From the human T2T-CHM13v2.0 reference genome, Homo sapiens, in the NCBI RefSeq assembly GCF_009914755.1, contig NC_060940.1: 64,000 nt of DNA. One strand, 5' to 3'. The position numbers were made by a program, and so were the translations under genes. The notes under the pieces were generated by a model. That model was not told the DNA's origin, did no database searches, and saw only the letters and a list, made by a program, of their open reading frames with translations. Position 1 is the first letter of the stretch. Every line of letters begins with the position of its first letter. Positions 12,640-30,289 of this stretch are shown piece after piece.

Positions 12640-14110
12640 TCCTGTGACTTTCACCTGTTCTTACCCTCCCGGGAGTTTACAGTCACCCATCCTTACAGTT
12701 TCTCCCAGTCTCTCACTTTCCTCTTGCCTTCATGTCTTTCCCTACCCAGCCTAGAGTCCTTGATCCATTATGTTACCACCTTTTATCTTTTCATGCACCC
12801 ACCTGGCAAAAATGATAGCCCTGACTCAATAGAAATTTCTTCCTTCTTGTACTAACCTTCAGGCTGTGGAATGCTGATGGAGAAAATCACATCAGAGCAG
12901 ACGGGTGCTGCTGTAAATTTCTAAATTTTAATCTCAGGGCCGTCATCTCTGTCTAGAAACTAATTAGGTCTCACTAATTCCGTGCTTCACTGTTCTTTGC
13001 TGAGGCTGTTCCAAGACTCCTGCACTCTCCTTTAAAAAATCTACCACTTCCTTCATATTCAGTAGGTATCAGTCTCTATTATTTCTCAGAAAAAAGTAGA
13101 GGCCATCAGACAGCAAATCCTCAACTGTCTACCATCAAACTTACAAATGTATCTGAACACATTCATTCTTTCATTCTCACAATCCTTTCTCCTTGTGTTT
13201 TGGATCCCATCCTCCCCTTCTTTGGGATCTTGCCCAATACATTATTTTCTCTTTTCATATCTATCCTCTTCTGGATCTCAAAAATGTTTGAATGTGTTTA
13301 AGTCTCCCCTACCATAAAACAAAACTATCCCATATGCCAACACGTCCTCCAGGGGCATCATGCTTTCTGTTTCTGTCTTGCTTTGTCTAACCTCCCGTGC
13401 CCCCAGCCATGGCCAGATTTCCTCCTCCTCTGCTGCCTTCACTTCCCAGAGTCTCATTCACTCTTCAACCTACTGAAGGTTGGCTTTTGCCCCAACTACC
13501 ATTTTGATAGAGCTCTTGTGAAGCTCACTCACTCCATAACACCAACTCTAATGGATGCTTAACATTTAAAGTCCTGGACTAAAAACATTTTAGCAGCATT
13601 TGATATAGCTTCTTCAAACACATTTCCTTTGGTTTTGGTAACTCCCTCCATATCTACTGGGTTTCCTCCTGCCTCTTTAGTTTCTCCTCCTTTCATACAC
13701 ACTTTTTTCTTTCCCATTTGTTAAAATTTTGTGTTCTTTAGGGATCTTTCTTGGATCTGGCTCTTCTATAGTGACTCTCTGTCCTAAATCCAAACTCTTT
13801 AAAATGGGCTGTAAAGGTCTGGATTATACTGCTTCTAGTCTTTCATTTCTTTTCATACTTGATGCTCTAATTCTTAGATTAATTCCTAATTCATATATCT
13901 CCTTATATTATACACACCCCAGGCCCTCATATATGCTGTTCCCTCTGCCTACAATACTCTATCAAACCTCTTTTCCTGGCTAGTACCTATGACTAGAAAT
14001 TCCAGTTGCAGCTTAGAAGTTGCTCCTGGGCTATCTTCCTTGACAAGCTCTTACACTCCCATCCTGAGTTGAGTGCTTGTCCTCTGGGCTCCTATCAAAG
14101 CACTGTATCT
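12640..14110 (-). mobile_element. L2 fragments
   Basis: Pyrimidine-rich degenerate L2-like text (cattcactcttcaacctactg.., tgctgttccctctgcct..). Confidence 0.55.
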
Positions 14111-14117
14111 CCTTACT

Positions 14118-14330
14118 GAACCTGAAGAGATCATGGGAACCCCTAAAGTTGTAGCCAGTGAGAAGCAGAGGTAGCCTGGGGACCCCCTGACCTTGTGGAT
14201 AGCATCTGCATTGGGGGCAGCATCTGAATTTGTGGAGAACTGAGTCCTTAATTTGTGAGGTCTGCACTAACTCCAGGTGATTAGTGTCAGAATTGAATTG
14301 TCCTGCAGTGCACCAACTTGGGGTTGGAAG
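14118..14330 (+). mobile_element. MER21/MER77-like LTR fragment
   Basis: catgggaacccc..gtgtcagaattgaattg, similar to the 3' part of the LTR at 45010. Confidence 0.55.
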
Positions 14331-14334
14331 AGAC

Positions 14335-14860
14335 TACATATCTTTACACAAAAACTTATATATGAATGTTCATAGCAGTATTATTCATAATAGCCAAAAA
14401 GTAGAAGCAATACAAATGTCCATCAACTGATGAATAAAAAACAAAATAGCCATACAATGAATTTTTCAGCAATTAAAAAAAAGAACTACTAATACATGTT
14501 ACAACATGGATAAACCTTGAAAACACAATGCTTTGTGAAAGCAGCCAGACACAAAAGACCACATATTGTATGATTCCGTTTATGTGAAATGTCCAGAATA
14601 GGCAAATCCAAAGAGGCAGAAAATAGACTAGTGGTTGCCAGAGGATGGGGGAAAAAGAAATTGGGAAGTACAGGGTTTCTTTTTCTTGGAATGTTACAAA
14701 TATTCTGGAATTAGACATTGGTGATAGTTGCACAATACTATAAGAAAATCCATATATGTGAATGTATGAAAAACCACTATGTTGTACATTTTATTTTTTA
14801 GGCCATTTTAAGGACTTCATAAGTTGTACACTTTAAAATGGTGAATATTACCTCAAAAGA
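14335..14860 (+). mobile_element. L1MB/MC 3' end
   Basis: tgttcatagcag..caaatgtccatcaactgatgaat..cagacacaaaagaccacatattgtatgattcc. Confidence 0.8.
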
Positions 14861-14899
14861 AATCCAACAATCATTTAAATACCAACTTAAATTCAGTAG

Positions 14900-17345
14900 C
14901 ATACGGAAACTTTACTCCAATATAGCTCCATTCTCTCCCTTGTCTTTGAACTATTATTATGCAAATTATATGTATACACTATAAGCCTAACACACTTTTA
15001 TAATTATTGATTTAAAATAAAAAAGTTATAAGCAAAAATATATTTGTACTGACTTTTACATTTACCTACATAGTTACCTTTACCAGTGCTCTTTATTTCT
15101 TTATGTGGATCCAAAATATTGACTAGTATCCTTTTATTTCAGCCTGTGGACACACTTTAGTATTTCCTATAGAACATGTCTACTTGTGATGAATTGTCTC
15201 CATTTCTGTTTATCTTGAAATGTCTACATTTCTCCTTCAGTTTTGATGGATAGCTTTGCTGGATATAGAATTACTGATTGACAGTGATTTTTTTTTTTTT
15301 TCTTTCTTTTTAGAGACAGAGTCTCATTCTGTTGTCCAGGCAGAAGGCAGTGGCACGATCTTGGCTCACTGCAACCTCTGCCTACCAGGTTTCAAGCGAT
15401 CCTCCTACCTCAGCCTCCTGAGTAGCTGGGATTACAGGCATGTGCCACCACGTCCAGCTAATTTTTTTGTATTTTTAGTAGAGATGTTTCTCTACTAAAC
15501 AACATGCTTCACCATGTTGACCAGGCTGGTCTCAAACTCCTGACCTCAAGTGATCTGCCTGCCTTGGCCTCCCAAAGTGCTGGGATTACAGGCGTGAGCC
15601 ACCATAACACATCCAGCCGAGAGTGATACAGCACTTTGAACATGTCCCGCTGTTCCCTGGCCTAATAGTTTTTGATGAGAAGTCAGCTGTTAATAGTATT
15701 GAAGATCCCTTGCATATGAGGATTCACTGTTTTCCTGCTCCCTTCAAGATTCTCTTATGTCTTTGTCTTTCAACTATGATGTTTCTGAATGTATATTACT
15801 TTGAGTCTATCCTACTTAGAATCTCTTAGATTTTTCAATGTATAGTTTTTCATCAAATTTGGGGAGTTTTTAGCCATTGTTTTTCTAGACATTCTTTCCG
15901 CTCCTTTTTCTCTCTTCTTCAGGAATTCCCGTTATGTGTATGTTGATATACCTGATAATGTCCCACATTTCTTATGTTCTCTTCACTTTTCATTATTTCT
16001 TCTTTCTGTTCCTCATATGCAATAATCTCAATTGATGTGTCTTTAAGTTTGATGATTCTTTCTACTTCTGATTTGTTTTAGCTATTTAACTTTTCAACTC
16101 CTGAATTTCTATTTTATTTCTGAAAATAATTTCTATCTCTTTATTAGATATTCTCTATGTGGTAAGCCACTGTTTTCAAACTTTCCTTTAATTCTTTGTT
16201 ATTTTGGGGAACATATTTATAATTACAACAGCTGATTTAAACTCTGTCTAGTAAGTCCAATGTCTGGGCTTCATCAGGAGCAGTTTCTATTGAACGCTTT
16301 TATTTTTCCTGTGTATAGGCCACACTTTCCTGTTTCTGTGTGTGTCTTGTAATTTTTAGTTGAAAACTGGACATTTGAATAATATAATGTGACAACTATG
16401 GAAATCAAATTCCTTCCTTCCCCAGGATTTGTTGTTGTTACTGTTTACTAACCTTCCTGGAATCATTCTGTAAAGTCTGTATCCTTTGTTGCGTGTGGCC
16501 TCATCTATTAGATTAGTTTAGTAGTCAGCTAATGGTTAGAATAAGGTTTCTTTACATTCTTTGAACCAATAAGACTCTCAGCCTTTGCTGAGGGGGTCTC
16601 TCTCTGTGCTGTGGCACATCATCAATGCTGCAGCAGACAATTTACAACTCTGCCTTGGCCCTCACTTCCTGCTTGCATTGAGTCCTAAATCAGGTAGAGG
16701 TGAGAGAGTAGGGCCTTCCCAGTTGTTGCCTGGGTATGTGGACAGTCCCAAACATGTGTGTGGCCCTTCAGGTTCCCAGAAATAAGTTGGAGCTTTTCAA
16801 AGACTCCTATGGACATTCTATTCCTCAAATTTTCCTTTATGTTTGCCTGTCAGTCTTTTGTTACCCCAATACCTCAGGAACCTGTGATGCTGAACAACTG
16901 CTGACTGTTTTTAACAAATGCCCTAGGAATAGAACAGAGCAAACTCTGAATCTGATCAAACAAAGATAAGCCCTAAAAATTGAAATTTTCAGTGAGCTGC
17001 CAGACCGATCAAATAGTGACAATTCTCTGGGGATGGGGCTTTAAAAAGTACCAAACCCCCTGCCCTCTCAATTGGTTGCTAAGCTGCTAGTTTTCACAGC
17101 TACTATAGCTGTGAGGCTACTGGTTTTCAAGGGTACTGGGGACAGGTAGATGGAATTAGCACAATTGAAACTGCCACAAAGTTTGCTTTTCTTACCCAAA
17201 TACAGGCAATTTTCTCGAATGCTCCTTCAATTGTTGCAAGCTTTAATTTCCAGAGTTCTGAAAAGGTTGACCTAATAATTTTGCCAGTGTACTTGTTGCT
17301 TTTATAGAGGAGCAGATTTTTGGAGGTCCTTACTTTGCCATTCCA
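14900..17345 (-). mobile_element. Old L1M (5' UTR/ORF1/intergenic part), interrupted by an Alu
   Basis: Antisense L1 ORF1 text: gatagctttgctggatatagaatt, tgatgagaagtcagctgtt, catcaaatttggggagttttt. Confidence 0.75.
15288..15618 (-). mobile_element. AluS with an internal templated insertion
   Basis: Antisense Alu dimer; TSD a(c/g)agtgat. Confidence 0.93.
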
Positions 17346-19079
17346 GAAATTAAACTCAACAACAGGTCACAATTTGAATTTCAGTTTTGTCACTAATTTG
17401 GGCAAGTCAGTTAATCTTTCCAAGCCTGCTTCAGCAAAAAAATAGTACAACCACCATTTAGGTCTGTGTGAGAATTAAACAAGATAATGAGATAACACCT
17501 GGAAGGCAATCAGAACTGTAAGCACTGAATAATAGTTTTCAGGAAAAGAAATTAGATATATTTTTTTTTTGTTAAAACATACACAGGACAGTACAAGACA
17601 CACCAATTTAACACAGTAGTGTACTCATGAAACTTGCATTCCAACATAAAAAGGGTGCTAAGGCTATTGGTCATAAAAAGTAGTCAGGACATTACTTCCC
17701 TGTTCAACTTTTTAGTATATTATTCAGATTGATGACCACACACAAGGCAAGTTCAGGCTTGCTGAAATAGAAGCTCTGGGGATGGATTTTATTGTAATAC
17801 CAATGCCGGAAGCCTGGAGATTGAGAAAGCTTTGCTATTATAATGAAATAACAAAATGTTTGTTATATAACAAGTAAAAAATGATCATTAGCCTTTAAGT
17901 TTGATTTTCTTTTTCCTTGCATCCTGTTGGCTGTTCCCTCTATCCCGATTTAAAAGACAACTATTACCACCTGTTTGTAAGCATGACTGTAGTTTGGAGG
18001 CCTTATTTTACAGTTGACTAAATCATACCCAACACTGCCCTCACATTACAGCTTATTAGCTCTTGCTCCCTAAAGTGACCTTAGGTTTAATCCCATAAAG
18101 ACATTAAATACTAACTAGCAGCAAATCTCTAGTTTAAAATCTGCTTTATTGACAAGTACAACATGCTACCAGAATCTGTCCTCACTATGGCACTATGACT
18201 CTGCCAATTATTGAAGCTCTTAACATATAGTGCATGAAGAATTCATTAAAGAAAAGCTTACCACAATGTTTAAACTATCCATATAATGTATAGAAAATAT
18301 GTGGAAGGATATTTGTCATACTGCCAAGAGTAGCCTACTCTGGTTGAAGAGAACTGGAGGTGACGTGGGGAGAGGGGGTGAGAACCTTTGTATTTTTACT
18401 CTGTCTTATCTAAGTGTAGATAAATCCATACAATTCTGTCTTTGGAAAAAAAAAGAATGTTTGCTTTAAATTTTAAAATTCTAAAATGTTTATACGATAT
18501 TACACATTAAATTTAAGTGTGCTAATTGCATTTACATTACACACTATGAAATCTTTCAATCATGTATGAATTTAAGCACATGCTCTGGATCTAAAAGAAA
18601 TTAAGAGTATGCCAAAGAAATTAGCATAAACCAAAGTGAGTCAGGTAGAAGGTTAAAATGGAATTTAAATTACAATGTCTGCATTTTCTATTCCATTTCA
18701 ATTAGGGTATCAAGAGAAACTCCCATGGAAGAATTCCATTCAAGGATACTTACTGTTTCTTCCCAGATTAATCTGGCAGAAGTAACCCATTTATTTCACC
18801 TGAATGAATAACCTCCATGGTTTGTACACAGAACTGAGCTGGATTAAGGTGAGACTGGTAAAGAGAATGAAAGTTAAATTTGGTAGGTTAATTCTTGTGG
18901 CCAGAAAAGTACTGTGGAATTATTTGTAAAAGTATTTTAACAAAAAGACTAAACATTAATGACCCCATAGCCTCACAGAAAAGGACTGCCTGTGGACAAT
19001 GATCAAGAAACAAGCAAGCAATGAGCAGACAATAGCAGCTCTCAAGTAAAGCTCCTGGCCAAAAGCAGTCATAAAATTA

Positions 19080-19260
19080 GAGAATTTAGAGCTGGCAGGG
19101 ATCTCAGAGATCATCTGTTCTAATCTCCCCAAATTAGGGTTTAGAAAATACTGAAGCCCAGAGAGATTAGATGATTAATCCAAGGATACAAAGTTAATTA
19201 GCAGCGCTGAGACTAAAACCCAGGTTTTGAATTACCCACTTCAAAACTTCCTAGCACATG
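19080..19260 (-). mobile_element. MIR
   Basis: gagatcatct..aaatactgaagcccagagag..ccaagg..cacaaagtt. Confidence 0.6.
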
Positions 19261-19956
19261 ATGCTAACTTCCCTGAACACCATTCATTGAGTAAAGAAAA
19301 TGAACAGTATTCCTAAAAATACCTCCAGGAACATTCAGACTTCTATCAGAACAGACTTAATCACAATTTTGTAAGCACAGTGATAGTGCATCTAAGGACT
19401 TTCATGGGAGGTAAAAAAACATATATATAGAGGGAGATGTCATCTTTGGGTTCCTCTTGTCAGTTCACAGGAGAGGCTCCCCTGGGTTTTGTTCCTTATA
19501 AAATGTAACCTCTTCCTACACTAGCCACTATTTCTCATAAACGTTCAAGGAACACCCTGCTCTCGGTTTATTCTCCTTAAAGAAACATCCCAATATCTTT
19601 GTCTGAAGAACAAAAGGATTCCCTACATCAACTTTAGGCTCTTATCCTATCTCCAAGGAAACTTGGCTATTTATAGTCTACTCTCAGACATCAAAATGAA
19701 CACTCACATTTGTCTTACCTATTTGCATCGACCAGAAAATGTGCACTACTACCTTCTCAGGAATTTATAAAGTCACAAGAGCAAAGGATCCATTTATGAT
19801 CTCCAGGTCTGTTAAAGTAACTGCTCTTTTTCAACTAGTTGATATTCCGGTATTAAACAACTTTAAATCATTTCTCTACTAAATTGTACTTCCTTAACAA
19901 TTTACATGAGTACAGTAATTCTCTGACATTAAATCAAATTCTAAACCATTTAGTCA

Positions 19957-20332
<376 letters not shown>

Positions 20333-20569
20333 GACCGAAATCCAGGTCTACCACTTACTGGCTGTGAGATTTTGGGCAAGTTAATTAACCTCTGTGTACC
20401 TCAGCTTCCTCAGTAAATGCAGAATGACCTCCCAGTATTGTGTGTATTAAGAGAGAGAATGTATACAGAGCACTCAGAACAAATGCCTGGCACAGAGTAA
20501 GAACTTGATAGATGTTAAATATTATCAATAATGTGTTGCTATGTCGATATACTTTTAAAAAAGGAAATA

Positions 20570-20885
20570 GGCCAGGTGCTATGGCTCAGCTCACATCTGT
20601 AATCCCAGCCCTTTGGGAGACAGAGGCAGGAGGATCACTTAAGGCCAAGAGTTTGAGCCTGGGCAACACACTGGGACTTTATCTCTACAAAAACTAAAAA
20701 AATCAGCCGGGCATCGTGATGTGCACCTGTGGTTCAAGCTACTCAAGAGGCTGAGGTGGGAGGATTGCTTGAGCTCAGAAGTTTGAGGCTGCAGTGAGCT
20801 ATGAACATGTTACTGTACTCCATCCTGGGTGACAGAGACCCTCTCTCTAAAATAAATAAATTAAATATAAGAAAAGAAAAAAAAG
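20570..20885 (+). mobile_element. AluJ
   Basis: Diverged dimer (ggaggattgcttgagc..ggctgcagtgagctatg). Confidence 0.9.
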
Positions 20886-21889
20886 AAATAAGAGAAACAT
20901 AGTTTGGGATTCTATCTTTCTCTTTTTTATATATTTTTTATTTTAGTATTCTCTTAAATTTATTGTTGTCTCATAGTACCTCTGAGTCTCTTGCTTTTTT
21001 AGACTTAGAAGAAAAATCATGAATTCATGTCCAATTTATGTAGATCCACTTGTTTTTAAATGAGTCAGAACTGTAAAAGTTTAGAGCCTCACAAATATGA
21101 GGAAAGCAAGTTTAACACTGAGACAAGTGTTTCTCTGTGCCATCAGTGTGATGCCTCAATTATAAAGTGGATAGATTTAAGAGTGGAGAGCTTTGGAGAA
21201 TGACAAAAGTTCTAGTTCTGACATCTCTTCTTCCATTTAATCTTTAAGAGGAGCTTGTTTTCTCATTGTAGTTAAATTCAGCATAAGATTAAAAATGTAA
21301 GGTGATATCTCCCCAATTTTCAACTTCTGAAAACACTACCTAAGCTTTTGCAGAAATATATAAAATCAATCCCTCATTAATTAGCTTACATTTGTGGTAG
21401 CCATGATCTCCTAAGCAAAGAGATGGTGGTCTAGAAAAACCATACTTTAGAGAAGGTTTCTCATGATCTTGAGAAGCCTAGCACCACACCATGAGCTATG
21501 CCTGACTTTTCTGTCCAAGTCTAGTGGGCACAAGCGTGCTATACCAAGCTTTCATTCATTCCGCAAATACTGAGCACAAGATCTGTGCAATACACTGTAG
21601 GATGTATGAAGGACACATGAAGACATGACCCCTGTGTTTCCAGAACTTCCATACACACAGCCAGACACACATCCACAGAAAGTTAAAAAGCACAATACAT
21701 AGGAGGGTGTGAGTTAATGCCAAGGGAATTGTGCAGTCGTGTGGGATTAAGAATCTGAACATAAGCATTCTATCCACAGGCACCACTACTCATGGAATTT
21801 TGAGCAAAAAGCTTCATTGTCTTTTGGTCTACTGTCCCATTTTACAAGTGATATCCTAAAAGGCTTCTGATAACCCTTCACAAATGCTG

Positions 21890-23732
<1,843 letters not shown>

Positions 23733-24269
23733 CCCACCATCTTAATCCCAGACTGAGGCTTAGGCAATAAGAGATGACATCAGTCAGGACACCAGAATAA
23801 TAAACGTTTATTATCTCTAGAGCTGTCTCTGAGAGATGCCCAACAACTCATGAAAAAAGGCTGCCAAGGAGAATTCAACCTTCCTTATTACATCTGAACA
23901 GACAGCTAAACATTCTGTCACCTCAACCATTTATAGGACAAGAATATAGTAAGAATGGTTCTTACTACTGTATCTAGACAAAACTGTTTAACCCAGATGC
24001 TTAGAAAACATCACTTATATTACCTCTGGATGATCAATGAATGGCCAAGTCTATTCACTGTTTGAATAAATAATAGATTATATACAAAAAATAAAAAGAT
24101 GACAATATATCTGGCGAGAGAGAGAGGGTTACTACATCACAACAGAAAGTCTCAGTTAAAACAACCAAGGTTATTTCAAAGTACAATTCTTATAAAACCA
24201 AAGTCTGTTCAGAATAAAAATTATACAGAACGTCACCAAAGAGTTGTCAAGTTTGTTCCCAAGCTGCCC

Positions 24270-25620
<1,351 letters not shown>

Positions 25621-25669
25621 TATCAATCTCTTCTATGTAACTTTTGTGTCTGTTATTTGAGAACTCACA

Positions 25670-26048
25670 TGCTGTGATTCAATGTGCAACCCAAAATTCA
25701 TGTGTTGGAAACAATCGGCAATGCAACTGTGTTGGGAGGTGGAGCCTAATGGAAGGTGTTCAGGTCATGAGGACTCCACTCTTATAAGCAGATTCATGCT
25801 GCCATAAAAAGAGCTTGTGAGAATGAATTCACTCTCTTCCGCCATGTTAGAACAGTGTTCCTCCCTCAGGAGGATGCAGCATCAAGGACCCATCTTGAAA
25901 GCAGAGATTGGTCCTTCACCAGACACCTAAGCTGCTGGCACTTTGATCTTGGACTTCCCAGCCTCCAGAACTGTGAGAAATAATTTCTGCTCTTTATAAA
26001 GTACCCAGTCTTAGGTATTGTTATAGCAACAAAAAATGAATAAAGACA
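25670..26048 (+). mobile_element. MST-family solo LTR (MaLR)
   Basis: aaattcatgtgttggaaac..cttggacttcccagcctccagaactgtgagaaataa; TG..CA termini; TSD tcaca/ccaca. Confidence 0.85.
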
Positions 26049-26508
26049 CCACATTTTTTCACATTATACTCTCTCTCTCTCTCTAAAATACTAAGTTAGA
26101 GAATAGTCGATAATTCTTCATTTTAAGGAAGGAATTGTTTGAACAGTGACTTTCCTAGGTCACTGATACTATTTAATTAACTATTTGAGAGGAAGGGAAA
26201 TAGAAAAAACTAGAAACAAATATGTATTTCAGTAAGTCAGCAAAACATGCTATATTTTAGGGACATATCCAGATAATAATTATGAATCCTGATAATGTTC
26301 TCATTTATTTCATGGACTAAAGGTATCCCTAAATAGAATCAGAAATGCATTTTTAACATGGCCAGCAAACTGTCATTTGAGATGTGTCTTGGGGAGTATG
26401 TTGGTTCCTAACGGACTAGGCTGGTTCCTGGGACAGTGAAATGTAAACATAGAGAAATCAGAGAGACACTAAAATATTTTTGTTTGTCTAATTTGAAAGG
26501 AGGGAGAA

Positions 26509-26833
26509 GGCCGGGCACAGTGGCTCATGCCTGTAATCCCAGCACTTTGGGAGGCTGAGGCAGGCGGATCACCTAAGGTCGGGAGCTTGAGACCAGCCTG
26601 ACCAACATGGAGAAACCCCGTCTCTACCAAAAAAAAATATATATATATATAAAATTAACCGGGTGTGGTAGTGCATGCCTGTAATCCCAGCTACTCAGGA
26701 GCCTGAGGCAGGAGAATTGCTTGACCTGGGAGGCGGAGGTTGCGTTGAGCTGAGATCGCGCCATTGCACTCCAGCCTGGGCGACAAGAGCGAAACTGTCT
26801 CAAAAAAAAAAAAAAAAAAAAAAAAGAAAGAAA
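26509..26833 (+). mobile_element. AluSp with (TA)n in the linker
   Basis: cctgaccaacatggagaaacc; TSD gaaaggagggagaa. Confidence 0.93.
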
Positions 26834-27863
26834 GAAAGGAGGGAGAAAAGGAAGCGACAAGAGAAACTTGAAGGAAAAAAAGACTACAGAATTGACAATT
26901 AATGTCTGAACTCAGGCGTCAGTGGCAGATGTCCTAGAATATAAGTTATATTTGTCAAAACGTTTTAGAAAGAGAACTAAATAAGCCTAGTCCCCAAATA
27001 GAGAGGGCTTCCGGGCAAAGCTACAAAGTCTAGCACAGGGTATCCAGGCTTACTTTTGCCACCTCTCTGAAAGCAGGAATATACCCCAAGGTTCTACCCT
27101 GCCTCGCCCCCTGCCGGCCCATATTAGTCCCTTTAGGTTTACTGGTCTTTTGGGACCACAGTGTGGAGGACATATCACCAAACAGCTTCACAGTTTTGGC
27201 ATGCTTTGTACTATTCAAGTCAGTAAGGCTGCCTAACTACTCTTCCTCTAAAGTTAGTGAAAAACACAGGCATATAAGAGAGGCATAATGAAAAGTCATT
27301 TCTTTTCCACCCTAAAGTGATGGCTAAAGGTTGATATGACTACAAGTATCAGCTTGCTATGTGAGCAACACCTACTGATCCACTTTCCATTACAAAACCT
27401 GATATGGGATAGAATTTTTGGGACTTGAGCTGCAAGGATAAATCTTTTTCAAGCAACTTATTTGCATTAAAGACTGATGATTGTTCTGGAAAGAATTTAC
27501 TTTCATGAGAGAAAAAGTCTAGGAAGCAAAGTTAAGCTAGTAATGAAGTCTTTACCATCCATCATAAAGAAGGAGTGATTCTGAGTACTGCATGGTGTCA
27601 CTTGTATTTGCCTCCGGTGGATTTGTATCTAAGCACAAGGAGGATGCAAGGGTAGTAGGAAAAATAGCTAGTTCCTTTAAAAGTTTGCAAGATACTGGAG
27701 GAAGTGGCAATCCTGTTGTGGTACTGTAAATGTCAGGGTGTAACATAAAATGAAACTATTTCAGTAGAGCATAATGTAGTTCATTTCAGCGTCCTGTCAT
27801 TGGGAGATAACAGTATATCAACACTTAACCTAGAGGAAACAGTGGTGTGGATGTAGCAGTACC

Positions 27864-27968
27864 CAGAAGCAGTGTGTTGACTAAGGTGTGTGTTGACTAA
27901 CACACACAGAAGGAGTGTGTTGACTCCTTCACACACACAGAAGCAGAAGGAGTGTGTTGACTAAGGTG
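27864..27968. repeat. Complex direct/inverted micro-repeat (4x gtgtgttgact)
   Basis: 25-bp near-perfect direct repeats flanking two perfect hairpins. Confidence 0.9.
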
Positions 27969-28795
27969 ACCAGGCGGATGCCATGCTACCCAGTGGAAAC
28001 AGCATCAATCCTTGCAGTGGCCGTTGGTAATACACTGATGTATGATGTTGCACAGAAGCTGACCAGACTTGTTGACCCTCAAAAACAAATGGAGAGAAGG
28101 CAAGACTTTTCAGTGGGCTAGAGACTTACACTATTAAGAGAATTCCTGACTCAGCTAAATACAGGTTACGCTTACAAAGTTTTAATCATCTATACCAGAC
28201 ATAATAAATGTAAAGAAAAAAAAAAAACCCCTATCTTTACAAACTAGAATGGATTAAACACTTTATGGAGATAAATGCCTTTGACATGTTTAAATAATTT
28301 TAATTTAGTAATAAGACCCAAATTATTACTCTAAAATGAAAATGTGAAAAAAAAATCTGTGAACAGTCTTAAGGAAAAAGAAAGGTGTCCAATTAGTAGA
28401 TTCTCTTTCTAAATAGTCAAGATAGTGGGTACAGACACTGACTTTTGTTTCCTATCACAGGTAGGGCCTGAATAAAGGTTTTGGTGAGATACTTGTGCAT
28501 TTAAATTGTTCAGCATTGCTCTAATATAAGTACTGATTACTAAGAATTGAAGAGAACTTATGAAGAGAATTAAGAAAGTTATTTTTCCTCAAAAAGATGT
28601 TAAAAAACATGAACAAAATTCCAGAGACTCCTTAGTAAACAATATAAAGAGAGAGGTAAGGTTGGTAAGGCTTTGGATAAGGGCTAAGAGTAGAGTATCA
28701 CTGATATTTGATAAATTATATTCCATGGAATCTAACTTTCAAGGAAAAATTGGCATGAGAGGTGAAATACCTTCTCAACAAAAATTTGTCTTCCT

Positions 28796-29099
28796 GGCTG
28801 GGTGTGGTGGCTCATGCCTGTATGTCCAGCACTTTGGGAGGCCAAGGAAGGAGGATCGCCTGAGCCCAGGTGTTCGAGACTAGCCTGGGCAACAGAGTGA
28901 GACCCTGTCTTTGCAGAAAATTTAAAAATCAGCCAAGTGTGGTGGCATGTGCCTGTAGTCCCAGTTACTAGGGAGGCTAAGGCACAAAGATGACCTAAGC
29001 CCTGGGGATCGAGACTGCAGTGAGCTAAGATCCCACCACTGCACTCTAGCCTGGGCAACAGAGGGACACTTTGGCTCAAAATGAAACAAAAAAAAAAAA
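28796..29099 (+). mobile_element. AluJ
   Basis: Diverged dimer with A-tail. Confidence 0.9.
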
Positions 29100-29299
29100 G
29101 TGTCTTCTTTTTATTTCTTATATGGTTTGGCAAAACCTGCAAAGTCATCAAGGTTAGAAATGATACTGGAATTTCCCCAGCTGTCTCTCGCAAATGATAA
29201 ATGACTCTCCTTTCTCTCTATACACACATTTTTAAAACTAAAATTTGAATATGTACTATATACATTTGCTACAAAAATTCAAAGACAAAAAGAGTATAG

Positions 29300-29670
<371 letters not shown>

Positions 29671-29926
29671 GCAAGCACCACTTCTTGTGTATCTTTACAG
29701 GAGGGATAATGTACGCATATACAAGAGCATGAGTGTGTGTCTGTGTATTATTTTTTAAATGACCCATGCAGTCACAGTAACATATATAATGTTCAATACC
29801 TACTTTCCAAAACTTATTTTTAATAATTAGTAAATATAAAATATTTCTAAAATTGCATAAGGTTAAACAAAACTATCATATCATGAACCCCCATGCATCC
29901 ACATGCCAGTTTAAGAAGGAAGAATA

Positions 29927-30289
<363 letters not shown>

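Noticed and set aside
27864-27968. CRISPR-like repeat-spacer array
   Set aside because: Eukaryotic context, irregular spacing, and the 'spacers' are copies of the repeat itself.
27250-28227. Possible processed pseudogene ending in AATAAA plus A-run
   Set aside because: No TSD found and the frames I translated gave no recognisable protein; would need BLASTX/RepeatMasker.
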